This document shows positions 1 through 10,810 of a DNA stretch of 38,109 bases, in pieces (position 1 is the first letter of the stretch; each line of letters begins with the position of its first letter). The DNA comes from Asterionella formosa (lineage: Eukaryota). Location of the stretch: contig NKIB01015127.1 of NCBI GenBank assembly GCA_002256025.1, positions 1-38,109 on the forward strand, in the 5' to 3' direction. A program made the translations under genes and the position numbers. Below the pieces are notes generated by a model that ran no database searches, was not told the DNA's origin, and saw only the letters and a list, made by a program, of their open reading frames with translations.

Positions 1-1
1 G

Positions 2-2034
2 ACTCCGGATGAAATATATGAAGCAGAACAGCTCGAATCAAACAACAATATCCAAGAGGATGACCCTGAGCCTGAGGGCGACAACGAATTTAATGTTGAA
101 ATGAATGCAGATGAAATCCAAGATGAGGATGAAGAACCAGTAAATGAAACTGAAAATGAAGAGGCAATGTTAGAAGTCAATCTAAGCACTCAGGATGACT
201 CAGACCCAAATGTTAGAACAACAAGGTCTGGAAGAGTCTCAAGACCACCATCAAAACTGACTTTGGTCCAACATCATTTGCATACCCAAGCACACTGTCA
301 AGAAGAATACACCAGTGATAATGCAAAAGTGATCGCAATGACAATGTGTTATATGAATGAGATGTGTATCGATAAAGAAGCATTTCACTTTGTTCAGTCA
401 TACAGCTTAAGGAAAGGCCTCAAGAAATTTGGCCAGAAAGGAAGAGATGCTGCGTATAAAGAAATGAAACAACTACATGATAGAGTTGTATTTGAACCAA
501 TTAGGATTGAAGACCTAACAGAGATCGAAAAGCGACGTGCAATGGAAAGTCTATTTTTTGTTGAAAAGAGAGACAAGAGTATTACAGGCAGAGCTTGTGC
601 CAATGGCAGTTCGCAACGTGAATACATGGAAAGAGATGAAACAGCTAGTCCAACTACCATGACTGAATCTGTTACGATAACAGCAACAATTGATGCGAAG
701 CAAAATCGCGATGTTATGACTGCAGATATACCCAATGCATTTGTGCAAGTGGATATCGATGAGAAAGAAAAAGGGGAGCGAATCATTATGACGATTAGAG
801 GTTTACTTGTCAATATGTTGACAGAACTCAGCCCCAAGACTTATGAAAAATATGTTGTTTATGAAGGAAACAACAAGGTCCTATATGTTAGGATGATCAA
901 GGCATTATATGGCATGTTACAGTCATCATTATTATATTACAAGAAATTTTGGAAGGATATTGAGTCAATTGGATTCAAGGTCAATCCATATGATCCATGT
1001 GTTGCAAATCGCATTGTTAATGGTAAACAGCACACAGTTACTTGGCACATAGATGATTTGAAATCAAGTCACATGGACAGGAAAGTGAATGATCAATTTT
1101 TGGAATGGCTCAAAAAGAAATACGCTTCTGACGAAATTGGTGAAGTCAAGGTCATGTGTGGAAAGAAGCATGATTATTTGGCGATGACACTAGATTACTC
1201 TCTTCCAGGAGTGTTTTGGGTGGACATGACCAAATATGTGAAATCAATGATTGATGATTTTCCAGACAAACTTGAAGGAGTTGGAAAATTTCCATGTACA
1301 GATAAATTGTTCACAATTGATACGAAATCAAAGAAGCTTGAATATGAGCGAAAAAGCAAAAATATTTCATACTTTTGTTATGAAAGGAATGTTACTATGT
1401 GAGCCAGGAAGAAAGTACATTCAACCAGGAATTGCATTTCTGGCAACCCGAACTACTGAACCAAATGAAGGCGATTGGGCAAAATTAGTCAAGATCATGA
1501 ATTTCTTGAAAGCAACTCAGAATGAGGTTGCATCTATGATTGCTGATGACACTCAGAGCATTAAATGGTACTACGTTGATGCGGCGTTTGCAGTACACAA
1601 AGATTTTAAAAGTCACACAGGAGCTACATTGTCACTTGGAAACGGAATTATTTGTTCTATGTCCATGAAACAGAAAGTGAACACTAGAAGTTCGACTGAA
1701 GCAGAATTGGTTGTTGTCGATGACATTATATCAAAGGTGTTGTGGACGAAATTATTTATTGAAGCACAAGGACAAAAGGTGATTACAAAAGTCATTTACC
1801 GTGACAACACTATCGCAATGAAGCTAGAAGCAAATGGAAAAGCAATTTCACGAAAACGCACGCGACATTTCAACATCAAGTATTTTTACATTAGCTACTA
1901 CTGATCTTATTGAATGAAAGGAAGTACAAATTAAGTACTGTCCAACGGATGCAATGTTAGCAGACTACATGACGAAACTACTGGTTGGAACGAAATTTAT
2001 TCATTTTCGTGAGCAAATTATGAATTCAAAGTGA
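2..2034 (+). mobile_element. Decayed Ty1/copia LTR retrotransposon pol, 3' part (RT + RNase H); 5' end lies outside the window
   Basis: RT motifs TADIPNAFVQ, KALYGMLQSSLLYY, NPYDPCV and WHIDDLK are present. RNase H motifs YVDAAFAVH, KQKVNTRSSTEAELV, YRDN and RTRHFNIKYF follow, then KYCPTDAMLADYMTK ending at TGA 2032-2034. There are frameshifts near 1340 and 1895 and an in-frame TGA at 1915-1917. Confidence 0.95.
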
Positions 2035-2045
2035 GCATCCGTGTG

Positions 2046-2250
2046 CAGCAGGAGTGTGTTGGAGAAAATATTTTAGGAAAGAAAATCCCGGTATAAATTA
2101 CCTACCGGTACTACATATTGAATCGAATGAATCAAAAAGAAGATGGTACCAGAGAAAACTCAGAATTCGAAAACAATCTAGCTACATCAACAGTGAAACC
2201 CATAATTCTACTAGAACTCTTAGGAATGATTACAATCGATTACTGCAACA
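2046..2250 (+). repeat. Polypurine-tract-like segment and 3' LTR of the copia element (LTR about 2057-2250)
   Basis: CAGCAGGAGTG lies just after the pol stop and is followed by TGTTG at 2057. A TATAAA occurs at about 2092, and the inverted end CAACA at 2246-2250. Alternative CAACA ends at 2315 and 2341 make the right boundary uncertain. Confidence 0.6.
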
Positions 2251-2344
2251 TCGTTGTTCATATCTACAGCCTATTTGGTCCCTGTTATGTCCTTACAGGA
2301 TACAAGAAAGCAACAGAGTGCTTTGGGACGCAATTTCAACAACA

Positions 2345-2933
2345 ATGAGCTCCACTCCTTCTGCTCCACCTCCGCCCGTGGTCTCGCATGGCACTGCTCC
2401 TGGTACCATCCAACGCATTTTCAATGCTTTATTTCAGACCAATGCTGGCTTCCGTGCTGCCATTGCTGCCGAGCTTCCATCCACCACCACTCGCGACCCC
2501 CTTGTCATTCCTGACCCTCCTTTTCAAGTCTCCCAAAGAGTCCTATATACTAAAGCGGAACCCCCTCTCCCCGTATCTATCATTGTTGTTGATGCTTCCA
2601 ATCCTTCTTCCGTGATCTACTCTGTCATTGACCCATACGGTCGTTCCATGATCGGTCAGCATTGATGTCGTTCCGCCTGCCACAGCAATGCCTGCATCGT
2701 CCGGTTCCGCCGCCTCTGGGCTGCTTTTGCCTCTGCCTCTTTCAGGGGAAGACGTTTCTGGATCCTCCTCTGGTTCTCTGCTGCATCCCTCTATCCCTGG
2801 TTCTTCCACGTTCAATGCTCCGTTTCCGCCACTCCCTCGTCTGCCAGTTGTTGGTGCAGCCAATTTCCCACCTGTGCAATATTCCGGTGCCGCGCAAAAC
2901 TATCTTGTTCTTACCTCGTTTTGCTATATCTGA
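2345..2933 (+). pseudogene. C/T-rich frameshifted ORF fragment (MSSTPSAPPPP...), possibly the 5' part of another retroelement ORF
   Basis: Composition changes sharply at ATG 2345. A Pro/Ser-rich frame runs to about 2660 and continues in another frame to 2933. No family motif was recognised. Confidence 0.3.
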
Positions 2934-3529
2934 GCTTCCACACATAATTTTTAATTCTGTAGAACAAGGTAGATCACTTGTGTTAGTGTTGGCAACAATG
3001 ACCAAAAGGCAAGACAATAAACCAGATTACAAACAACATGCCGAAACGAAAAGCACCAACATCAAAACTTTAAAAACGAGCTCATTCATAATAGAATCAT
3101 GAAATTTCTTTCATGATGATTTAATTTAACAAGAAGGAAGGGATGTAAGAAGAAGCAGCTCAGAATATGCATCAGTGGCATCAAGCTTACCATGCAGAGG
3201 ACATCATTGTCAATGCGGTTTTCCATGCTTTCAGCATGATTTCACAATTATGTGCTGCGTGGTGCACAATGAGTATCTTGATCATACTAGAGTACTGATA
3301 TACAGTTTTATTTTACTTTATAAAATATGGGCTTGGACAATTGTGCTCATTTTCTAATACAATGTACCAGAATCCTGGAAAATGAATGCAAAAAATGCTG
3401 GCACAGTCTGCAGTGTTGCACGAGACTAACATAAGGACCTCTAATTTTACCACCCTCAACTACCAGTATACCGGTATATATATAAGGACAAAAAGTATGG
3501 CTGGGTTCATGTTCAGGGTAACCAAGGTA

Positions 3530-3830
3530 GACCTCATAAACGCTAGTAAATAATTATTTAGCTAAGATCATGCAAATCTTTTGTACATACAAAACAATAC
3601 AATGTAGTTCTTGTGATCAGCTGCAGCATCCTGTATCATGTCATCTCAGCCATGACCATGACGAAAAAGGCGGAAATCTCTACGGAAGTTAAGAAGGAAA
3701 CACAACATAGAAAATACAATCGTAAAATAATAGTTGTAATCCCACTAATATTGACAACGAAAATTGAAATCGCTGAGCGCCTTAATTTATGTCATTTAGA
3801 AATGCACAATTGGAGACGACAATGTTTCTA
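3530..3830. repeat. Copy of an unclassified dispersed repeat family
   Basis: It shares the blocks TCTTTTGT(A/G)CATACAAAACA, CCTG.ATCATG, TGACCATGACGAAA and TGACAAC.AAA with 36025-36330. The last two blocks also occur at 18487-18740 and 37849-38109. Confidence 0.75.
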
Positions 3831-5055
3831 AGCGATTTGACACATTCATGGTAGCTGAACAAGGCATAAGACTAAGAATATAACAAAATAATGATAAGTT
3901 GAAGCAAAAGATGTGAGTCTAATGAGAATTGATTGATTGATTGATTGTACTGGCGATTTGTGAAGTCGTGGATGCAGGTATCAGTGCCAACAAATGTGTT
4001 ACCGGCATTCATTGGGAGTTGATACCAAAGAATAATGTGAAAAACGGAAAATATAATAATTGAATCGATATTGGGAACTCTTAATTTAGTTATGTGGTGA
4101 AACCAGCGTAATATAGCCGTGAAGCAGCATAATTTCATCATCATACTGTAGCAACGCACAGCTAGTTGGTAAGAAAATATTGTTGCAAGCACACATAATT
4201 ATTGGTTTGATCACATAATTATTCGATAAGTGAAGTAAACTTTGTTTGAGAACACATAAATTTTGGTTTGACCCAAATAAATTCCAAAAAAGTAGCACAA
4301 ATACGTCACTTTAGACATAAATTCGAAAAAGTGCCGTAAACGGCGTCTTAGATGTAGGGTGAATGTTATGGGTGGTCTCAATAGCAGCAACATTTCTTGA
4401 ACCGGAATCAATGGAATCATCATCTTTATTCTCACTGACAGAATTCAAGATATAATCTATGGGAGTAGAACGATTGAAATGAGCCTTTGTAGTATCAGTA
4501 GTAAAAGGAGGATTTACGTTTGTTGGAATGTATGGAGTGGAAGGTGTGGCACCACCAAAGGCGTCATGAACAGTATACTGCTTTTGCCTTTTATTAAAAT
4601 AACTGGTAGGAAATGTTCCAAAATCAGCGATCGCTTTGGAGCCAAATCCGGCACTCTCCTTGCAACTGGCGCATCTTGCACTGGTTTTGTAGTCATAGGT
4701 TTTGGAGGCATGATTGTAGAACAGGTGTGGTGAGGAATGACAAGAAGCATATGATGAAGTGTCGCTAAAAATTAAGGGAAATGGGAGATTGTAAATGCTC
4801 TTAGAATTACCGTTGCGATGGAAAAATAAAATACTGGTAGCTACTTACACACTTATGGATATAAAGAAGGTGTGTGTATATATATATATATGTACACAAC
4901 TGGAAAAAGATCATACCTCCAGATACTTACATCATCATATCATGTCCTTCAACAAGATGTGAACAGTTGTTCATAACTACTGGTACCTTGTTACTACGTA
5001 CTCCTAGCAGTCCTTACTTGTGAACATGATAGATGTAGATGAAATAGTAGGGCCC

Positions 5056-5323
5056 TATTTACAACAATGCATGTTTTAAAATGTATTACTGTACACCACG
5101 ATAACACAAACACTAGAGTTAAGATCATAAACAACTAATCGTAAGATAATTTTACGCCAAATTTTGTACAACCGCAGTACGTATTCATACTTCGCATTCT
5201 AACCCTAACCCTCTTTCATATATGTCACATCCATGATGGGGCTTAATTATATCATTAACTATTACTCCATACCGGATTGTCGTACAACCTATATTTATAC
5301 TATATATTAGGTCGTGGTAAATA
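5056..5323. mobile_element. Possible small non-autonomous element with short inverted ends and an internal telomere-type repeat
   Basis: TATTTACAAC (5056-5065) and GTGGTAAATA (5314-5323) match 9/10 as an inverted pair. CTAACCCTAACCCT lies at 5199-5212, and an imperfect hairpin at about 5284-5315. Confidence 0.3.
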
Positions 5324-6270
5324 ATGAACTCATACAGCATTGTATATATTCTAATATCACTTACTGAAATTTTTACAGACTAAATTCAAAACAAATGAAA
5401 TCATACAACATTGAATAAAATCAAATTAAGAACGGTAATATTAATGATTTTCAGATCTATGTGTACGACAGTACCAGTACACGGTGTTTGAAATATTCAA
5501 ACATACAAGTAAATACATATAGATATGGTTGGCTCAATTATATTGGGACTCTTGTGTACATGAATATGTCAGAATATTCAATTGTTGGGTTGACAGTAAC
5601 TCAATGTGTGCATTCTCTTCAAGTGTTTATTTGCTTACCTCTACATGCATACTTGTGGGGACAAATTCAATGTGAAGAAATGACGGTCGCAGTAAGTGCT
5701 GTCGTTGGATCAATGCTCACAAGAATCACCCGTTAGAACATGAGTAACACATCCTTTTATATCTATCAGGGTAAATTGTATACAAAGAGTATATGGAAGT
5801 TCTGAACATCAATGTCTTCACAATTTATTGAGGAATATGGAAACTGAACATGGATTCGTATCATTGTTGCGGTAAATGACCATACCATCATGATTGGAAC
5901 TGCCTGTTGTATTAAAAGCTAGACAAGACAAGCCTAACACACAATTCCTTCCCATTAGTTAATACAGTAAACAATCGAGATGGATCGTTGGACACATTGT
6001 GATGGGAAAACCTGTGTGACGGAATACATCTATTCATGTTAAGTGAAAATAGAATGGAGCTGCATGTTGTTGCATAAAAATAATATGACTAACATGTATT
6101 TGCTTCGCAGTTGTTACAACATTAACATGAATACTAATAATGAAGGAAAGCTCTGATACGGAGAAGAAGGGAATGAGGAGAGGCAACCCGCCGCTATCAG
6201 GAGCGACATCAGTTTATCCTTCAGAATCAGACAAGTACAAGGGAAAGGACGGAGTGGGCAGTTACAGTTG

Positions 6271-6402
6271 TGTGAGAAACGGGGTAACAGGGAAGCAGCA
6301 GACAAGAGAATGAACAGGAGTGCGACGGTGTGAGATAGCTGTTTATATAGATAGATTGAAACAATTCTAAATTTAGTAGTTAAATTACAATCCGTTTCTA
6401 CA
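6271..6402 (+). mobile_element. Possible solo LTR or LTR fragment
   Basis: TGTGAGAAACGG and CCGTTTCTACA form near-perfect inverted ends (TG...CA). There is an internal TTTATATA, and an ATTACAATC shortly before the end as in the 2057-2250 LTR. A purine-rich tract starts from about 6140. No convincing TSD was found. Confidence 0.35.
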
Positions 6403-6823
6403 TATTTTGGATAAATACTTCATAGAGATACGATTGTAATAATATGGCTATAAGACGAACAGATACAGAATATAGGATGTAGCTAAGGTAAATCGATGAT
6501 GGTCTTGTAAATACAATTAGTAATTCATGGTCATGAGAAGAGCAATTGAAATTAAAAGAGAAGCAGTGATTTCGACTTGAGTTGTTGTTACTCATTTACT
6601 GTATTTGTATGACTACTTTGTGGTTACCGTCATGAGTCAATATGGATCAATATTAGAACAATATGATCAAATATTATAAGTATAAACATGCTTATCAAAT
6701 ATTCATACATAAAGTATGTACCTGTAACACAAATAACAAAATGCGTATCATGCACAGAAAAATTCTGTGCCAGTTATTGTACGATACCCCTGATCTTATA
6801 TGTACGATACTTTTTATTTGCAG

Positions 6824-6857
6824 ACAGAGGGTGTACTAACCACTAAGCAACTCCCCC
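6824..6857 (-). mobile_element. Head fragment (A-box region only) of the putative SINE family
   Basis: The minus strand reads GGGGGAGTTGCTTAGTGGTTAGTACACCCTCTGT. This aligns with GGGAATGGCTTAGTAGTGGTAAGCACATCTTCTGT at 10361-10395. No B box follows. Confidence 0.5.
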
Positions 6858-7273
6858 AATAGCTAGTAGGTTGGTTTAGAACCTACTCTGGAGTAGATTG
6901 TCTGCGAAAACACTTGTGTTTGAGGTTTGGGAGGCAAGAGTAGGTTGTGTCTCACATTAAATAGTGTGTTTATACTGGTAGTAAGTATGATGTTGGCAAT
7001 TCAAAATTTCAAATCCTAACAATTTCAAATACTCAGCCTTCTTGGTGTGGTGTTGATGCAGCTATAGCAAGAAAACTACCCCAATTTGAGCGAAAGCCTA
7101 CCTGATGCCATGCATTTATCATTTTACAAGTTGGGCAATCATGTTGTTCTAAGAAAATTGGCAGGTGCTGCTACCTAGTATGCTGTGTAAGTAAAATGAC
7201 TGTGACTAGATATCATTTCTGTTGCCGTGAGTCATATCCAGAATGATTTGGGAAACAAAAATTTGAAAAGAGT

Positions 7274-7356
7274 TGTCACAACGGTGAATCGAACACCGGG
7301 CCTCAAGATGACTGGTTTTCTTCAGTCTTGCGCTCTCCCAACTGAGCTATTGCGAC
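7274..7356 (-). tRNA. trnF-GAA: tRNA-Phe(GAA) with 10-nt intron (7310-7319)
   Basis: Full cloverleaf: acceptor GTCGCAA/TTGTGAC (one G-U pair), D arm GCTC-AGTTGGGA-GAGC, anticodon stem CAAGA/TCTTG with CT-GAA-G^A, and T arm CGGTG-TTCGATT-CACCG. The intron is at canonical 37/38, mature length is 73 nt, and TTTT lies just downstream. Confidence 0.95.
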
Positions 7357-7651
7357 TTGGATAGAAACAACAATAGATGAAAGTGATATTTATTTGCTGA
7401 GCGAACATTGAATCTTTTCTTCGCCATTTCATACCAACAAGAACCTATTTTGACCTGAGGTCTACCTGAGATTCAGGTATTTTAATCATTTTATAAGTTG
7501 AGCAATCATGTTGGTCTGAGGAAAGTGGCAGGTGCCTTTTATGTACTATGTGTAGATCATGATTTGAGGTAAAATGACTGCAACCTGGAAAACGCTTCTG
7601 GGTGTCGATTTTAATCACAGATGGGACAGGAAAATTGTCAAAAAATAATGT

Positions 7652-7735
7652 TGTCGCAACGGTGAATCGAACACCGGGCCTCAAGATGACAGATATTTCT
7701 TCAGTCTTGCGCTCTCCCAACTGAGCTATTGCGAC
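7652..7735 (-). tRNA. trnF-GAA: tRNA-Phe(GAA) with 11-nt intron (7688-7698)
   Basis: Same cloverleaf with a perfect acceptor stem GTCGCAA/TTGCGAC. Intron AAATATCTGTC is at 37/38, and a T6 terminator lies at 7640-7645. Confidence 0.96.
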
Positions 7736-8309
7736 TTCCACTTACCGTCTGAACCGGTTATTTACTTTCTTTTACCTTGACGACGGATTTGTGGATTCGA
7801 GGTTCGCTCGGCAAAATACACCAGCCATCATGATACGGTATTTCCTGGAATTTCATTTTCAGTTACCAGTATTGTCACGCAGCATTTTTAGAGATCGGCT
7901 CAGAGAGTCGATGTGCGTAATAATGATATCGTCATATAAATTGATGTTGCGTTCATATTCGAGTGCATACACTTGTAATAGAGTGAATAGATACAGAACA
8001 AGAAAATTTTATTATGGCTCAATAGGTACCAGGTAACCAGGTACTCTAGCAGGCCAATCCGCACCATGTCCCAGACGGTATTTCCGCCCTGAGCCTACCG
8101 CCGCTACTTCGATGATTTGCTCTATGGAATACATTTGTCTCGCAACTGCAATGTACGATATACCCAGTTTCTACACGGTTTGGTGAGTTGTCGTTTCTCG
8201 TCAATTGCCCCTAGTGCAATATATGTAAAGTACAAATAGTATGTAGACTTGAATGGGTGCATCAGAGGATAGAGTAGAGCTAGCGTTGTGTGATTCATCA
8301 ATTCAGTTT

Positions 8310-8984
8310 TTATGTAGACCACAGGGTTTGAGCTTGTCTGGTCACTTTCTGTTCGATAGCGAGCCGCCAGAATGCTACTACTGCTGGACTTGCACGTGAT
8401 GCCGCTTCTTGACATTTCAATAGATTTTCCAGAGAAGCATGGCATCCAATCGTTTCGCATCCCACAATCTTATCAGGCTCTACGTTGGTGTTGACAATAA
8501 CCAACGATGAATAATCCTTATTATCCTCTTCTTCAGCATTTGGATCCAATATAAGCTCGGTTCCAACCAAGCACGTCGTTGCCACTGGTAAATGTTTGAG
8601 AGCAACTCCAGAATCCAAAAGAGCTGCGACTCCCGCATGTAGAGCACATCCTAATACGCTTCCGTCCGATTGAATCACTTGTAACACAATCTCAATTACT
8701 GTTCTTGGATATTGGCTCCTGTCAATACACCCAGCCAATATCGTTTCCAGAAAATTTTCCCATTCTCGTCCCTCTTGAAAGACTACAGATACTAAAGCTT
8801 CATTTGGATCTTCCTGATGAGAATTAATGGGAGCTATGGGCCCGTAGACAGCACACAATACGTGAGTGGCACCGGCTTTCCATAGCGAAGATCCGTCGGC
8901 CTTCTGGAGACATGACAATTCACAGGAAAGGGCTCGAAGGGTTCCTCCGCTCGATCGGCCATCAGGGCGATGTTTGACAGACAT
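8310..8984 (-). CDS. RRP46: Exosome complex RNase PH-like subunit, RRP46/EXOSC5-like (224 aa from the first ATG)
   Basis: Motifs RPDGRS...LRALSCELSCLQKADGSS, THVLCAVYGP, YPRTVIEIVLQVIQSDGSVL and ALLDSGV match the RNase PH fold. The ADGSS/VYGP pattern and length fit RRP46. The ATG at 8984 is preferred to the non-ATG start in the ORF track. Confidence 0.85.
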   Translation of the reverse strand: MSVKHRPDGRSSGGTLRALSCELSCLQKADGSSLWKAGATHVLCAVYGPIAPINSHQEDPNEALVSVVFQEGREWENFLETILAGCIDRSQYPRTVIEIVLQVIQSDGSVLGCALHAGVAALLDSGVALKHLPVATTCLVGTELILDPNAEEEDNKDYSSLVIVNTNVEPDKIVGCETIGCHASLENLLKCQEAASRASPAVVAFWRLAIEQKVTRQAQTLWST

Positions 8985-9559
8985 AGACAATTGATTTGGT
9001 GGTAACTCTATTGACAAAAGTGCTATCAAAGGTGGCAGTTGGAAGGTTGTTCAACTAGATTCGGTTTGCACTAGAGGTGGATTTCGGGGGATACAAAAGG
9101 CAAGGCGAATTATGTATTGTAATAAATCGGTATAATACCGGTAGAGGGATTATAATGTCATGAAAATATTTGTACTACTGGTATAATTTACGATTGCTTC
9201 GATATCTTCAGAAGATAAATAAAATACCACCGCCGAGCGAAATGAATGGACGAACAGACATTAGCATCATCATTCTTCCTGCTCGCAAACACATATATAC
9301 CCGGTACACTGCTATTCATGTACGTATATTGATTTGTGTATCGAATTCTTTCAGGCTAGGCTGAATTCAGTCTAATTTTTCAATCCATTACCTTGTTCAA
9401 TTAATCGAATATTTCATTTCTGGAAAGATAATCTGATTCTACAGAACTGTACGTTTCTGTTAGTATACATGATAATAATTTTATATTTATAAAAATATGC
9501 ATGAGAAGAAGCCTGCCAGCCAAAATTATCTGTGAAGGACAGAGTGAAAACAAAAAATG

Positions 9560-10810
9560 ACAGTGGGCAAAGGCTCCATTGTTCCATGTCATTCTAAGTA
9601 CATTCACCCATCACGATAGGTCCTAAATCATCACTTGAATATCGAAAAGGTTCACTGACATGAAAGAATTACACCAGTTCCGTGGAAGGAAGTGCTTAAG
9701 AAAATCAGAGGTAAAGTGAAGGCAATTATAAATTTGAGGAGGCAGGCAGCAGAAAGTGAAGTGAAGTGGTCATGCCTTCAGAGCTCCTTAAAGCAACTTG
9801 TCAAGAAGTGTACTGCTACTGGCAAAGTTCATGATGCAGGTGATGTTTTCATTGCTGCTGTATTTGTTGATATTTATGTTGACAATGCCCCAGCACCTGA
9901 AAAGATGTTTTCCCAATGAGTTGCAAAAAAATTGTTTGATAATGAGTGGAGGCATCATTCAGGAATTCGATACAGAGGGCAATTAAATGCATCAAATAAA
10001 ACAACAAGTAATCCAAGACTTACATCATTCCAATTTATTTGATGTCAATTACTTCGAATCTTTCTTCCCTTCTGATTCCTTCTAAGATATCATCTTTTTT
10101 ATCACTAATCAAAAGATAGAGGGCAAACCTGTAACTTTTGGTGAACTAGTACTCCGATGAATTGGATAATGGTTTTATATGTAAATAATGCTTGCATCAA
10201 AAAAGCTTGTTGAGTATTCACCTGCCAATATTGTCGTCAATGCCTCATTTCGTCAGAATTACCTCATCCCTTGTGATCATTTCGATGCAATTCTTGAGGC
10301 AACAGGCTGCAAAATTCGGCCAGCACATGAAATAGTACTAAGGGAAATGATTGAAGGCAAGGGAATGGCTTAGTAGTGGTAAGCACATCTTCTGTGGTGG
10401 CAGGTTTGATTCCTGGATTCTCCACCTGTCCTTTCATGTAGTCCCTAGCGTTCCAGGGTGTGTGGCTGATGGAAAGAAGTCAGGTCCTTTTGTATGATAT
10501 GAACAAGTAAAAACGGCACTTTTCTATTTCTTTCCATTCATTTTGGTAGGAGTGCGATTATTGAATAGCTTTAACATAAAATAAGATTTAATTGAAAATC
10601 AAGGGAAATGATCATTGAAGCCTGGAATGAAAACATGCAAATAATTTGTCAGCCAAGCAAGAAAGACTTGTACATTGTATGTTCAGATGAATTGTTGTCC
10701 ATAAGGACATACATGCATACCTATCCTGGATTCATGTTTGTTTCCAGAAAACTTTGGTCATATGGATATGAATACCAGCACACAGTTTGCACAGGGGGCT
10801 AGATTTGGAA
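9560..10810 (+). mobile_element. Heavily decayed piggyBac-like DDD transposase, interrupted by a SINE-like insertion
   Basis: Fragments REMI(I)EAWNENM, IVCSDELLS and TYPGFMFVSRKLWSYGYEYQHTVC resemble the CLDESMS...CPG.MFVPRKP.P.GNEYHT.C block of stramenopile piggyBac-like transposases. There are many stops and frameshifts, and no TIR or TTAA termini were found. Confidence 0.7.
10357..10600 (+). mobile_element. Putative tRNA-derived SINE, copy 1
   Basis: It has an A-box-like TGGCTTAGTAGTGG, a B-box-like GGTTTGATTCC (10403-10413), a head ending ATTCTCCA and a hairpin at 10424-10485. It is flanked by AAGGGAAATGATTGAAG (10340-10356) and AAGGGAAATGATCATTGAAG (10601-10620). It is homologous to 19853-20010. 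Confidence 0.75.

Noticed and set aside
3872..4750. Chain of short minus-strand ORFs suggesting a decayed gene
   Set aside because: There are many stops and no recognisable motif, so it cannot be assigned. The same applies to 5460-6100, 27400-28400 and 36700-37400.
7445..7741. 98-aa ORF over the second tRNA
   Set aside because: It is a translation of the tRNA-Phe gene and its flank.
10357..10424. Functional tRNA gene (the 3' end ATTCTCCA resembles tRNA-Ala)
   Set aside because: It has no complete anticodon arm, the B box is mutated and it is embedded in a TSD-flanked repeat. It is treated as a SINE head whose parent tRNA cannot be assigned by eye.
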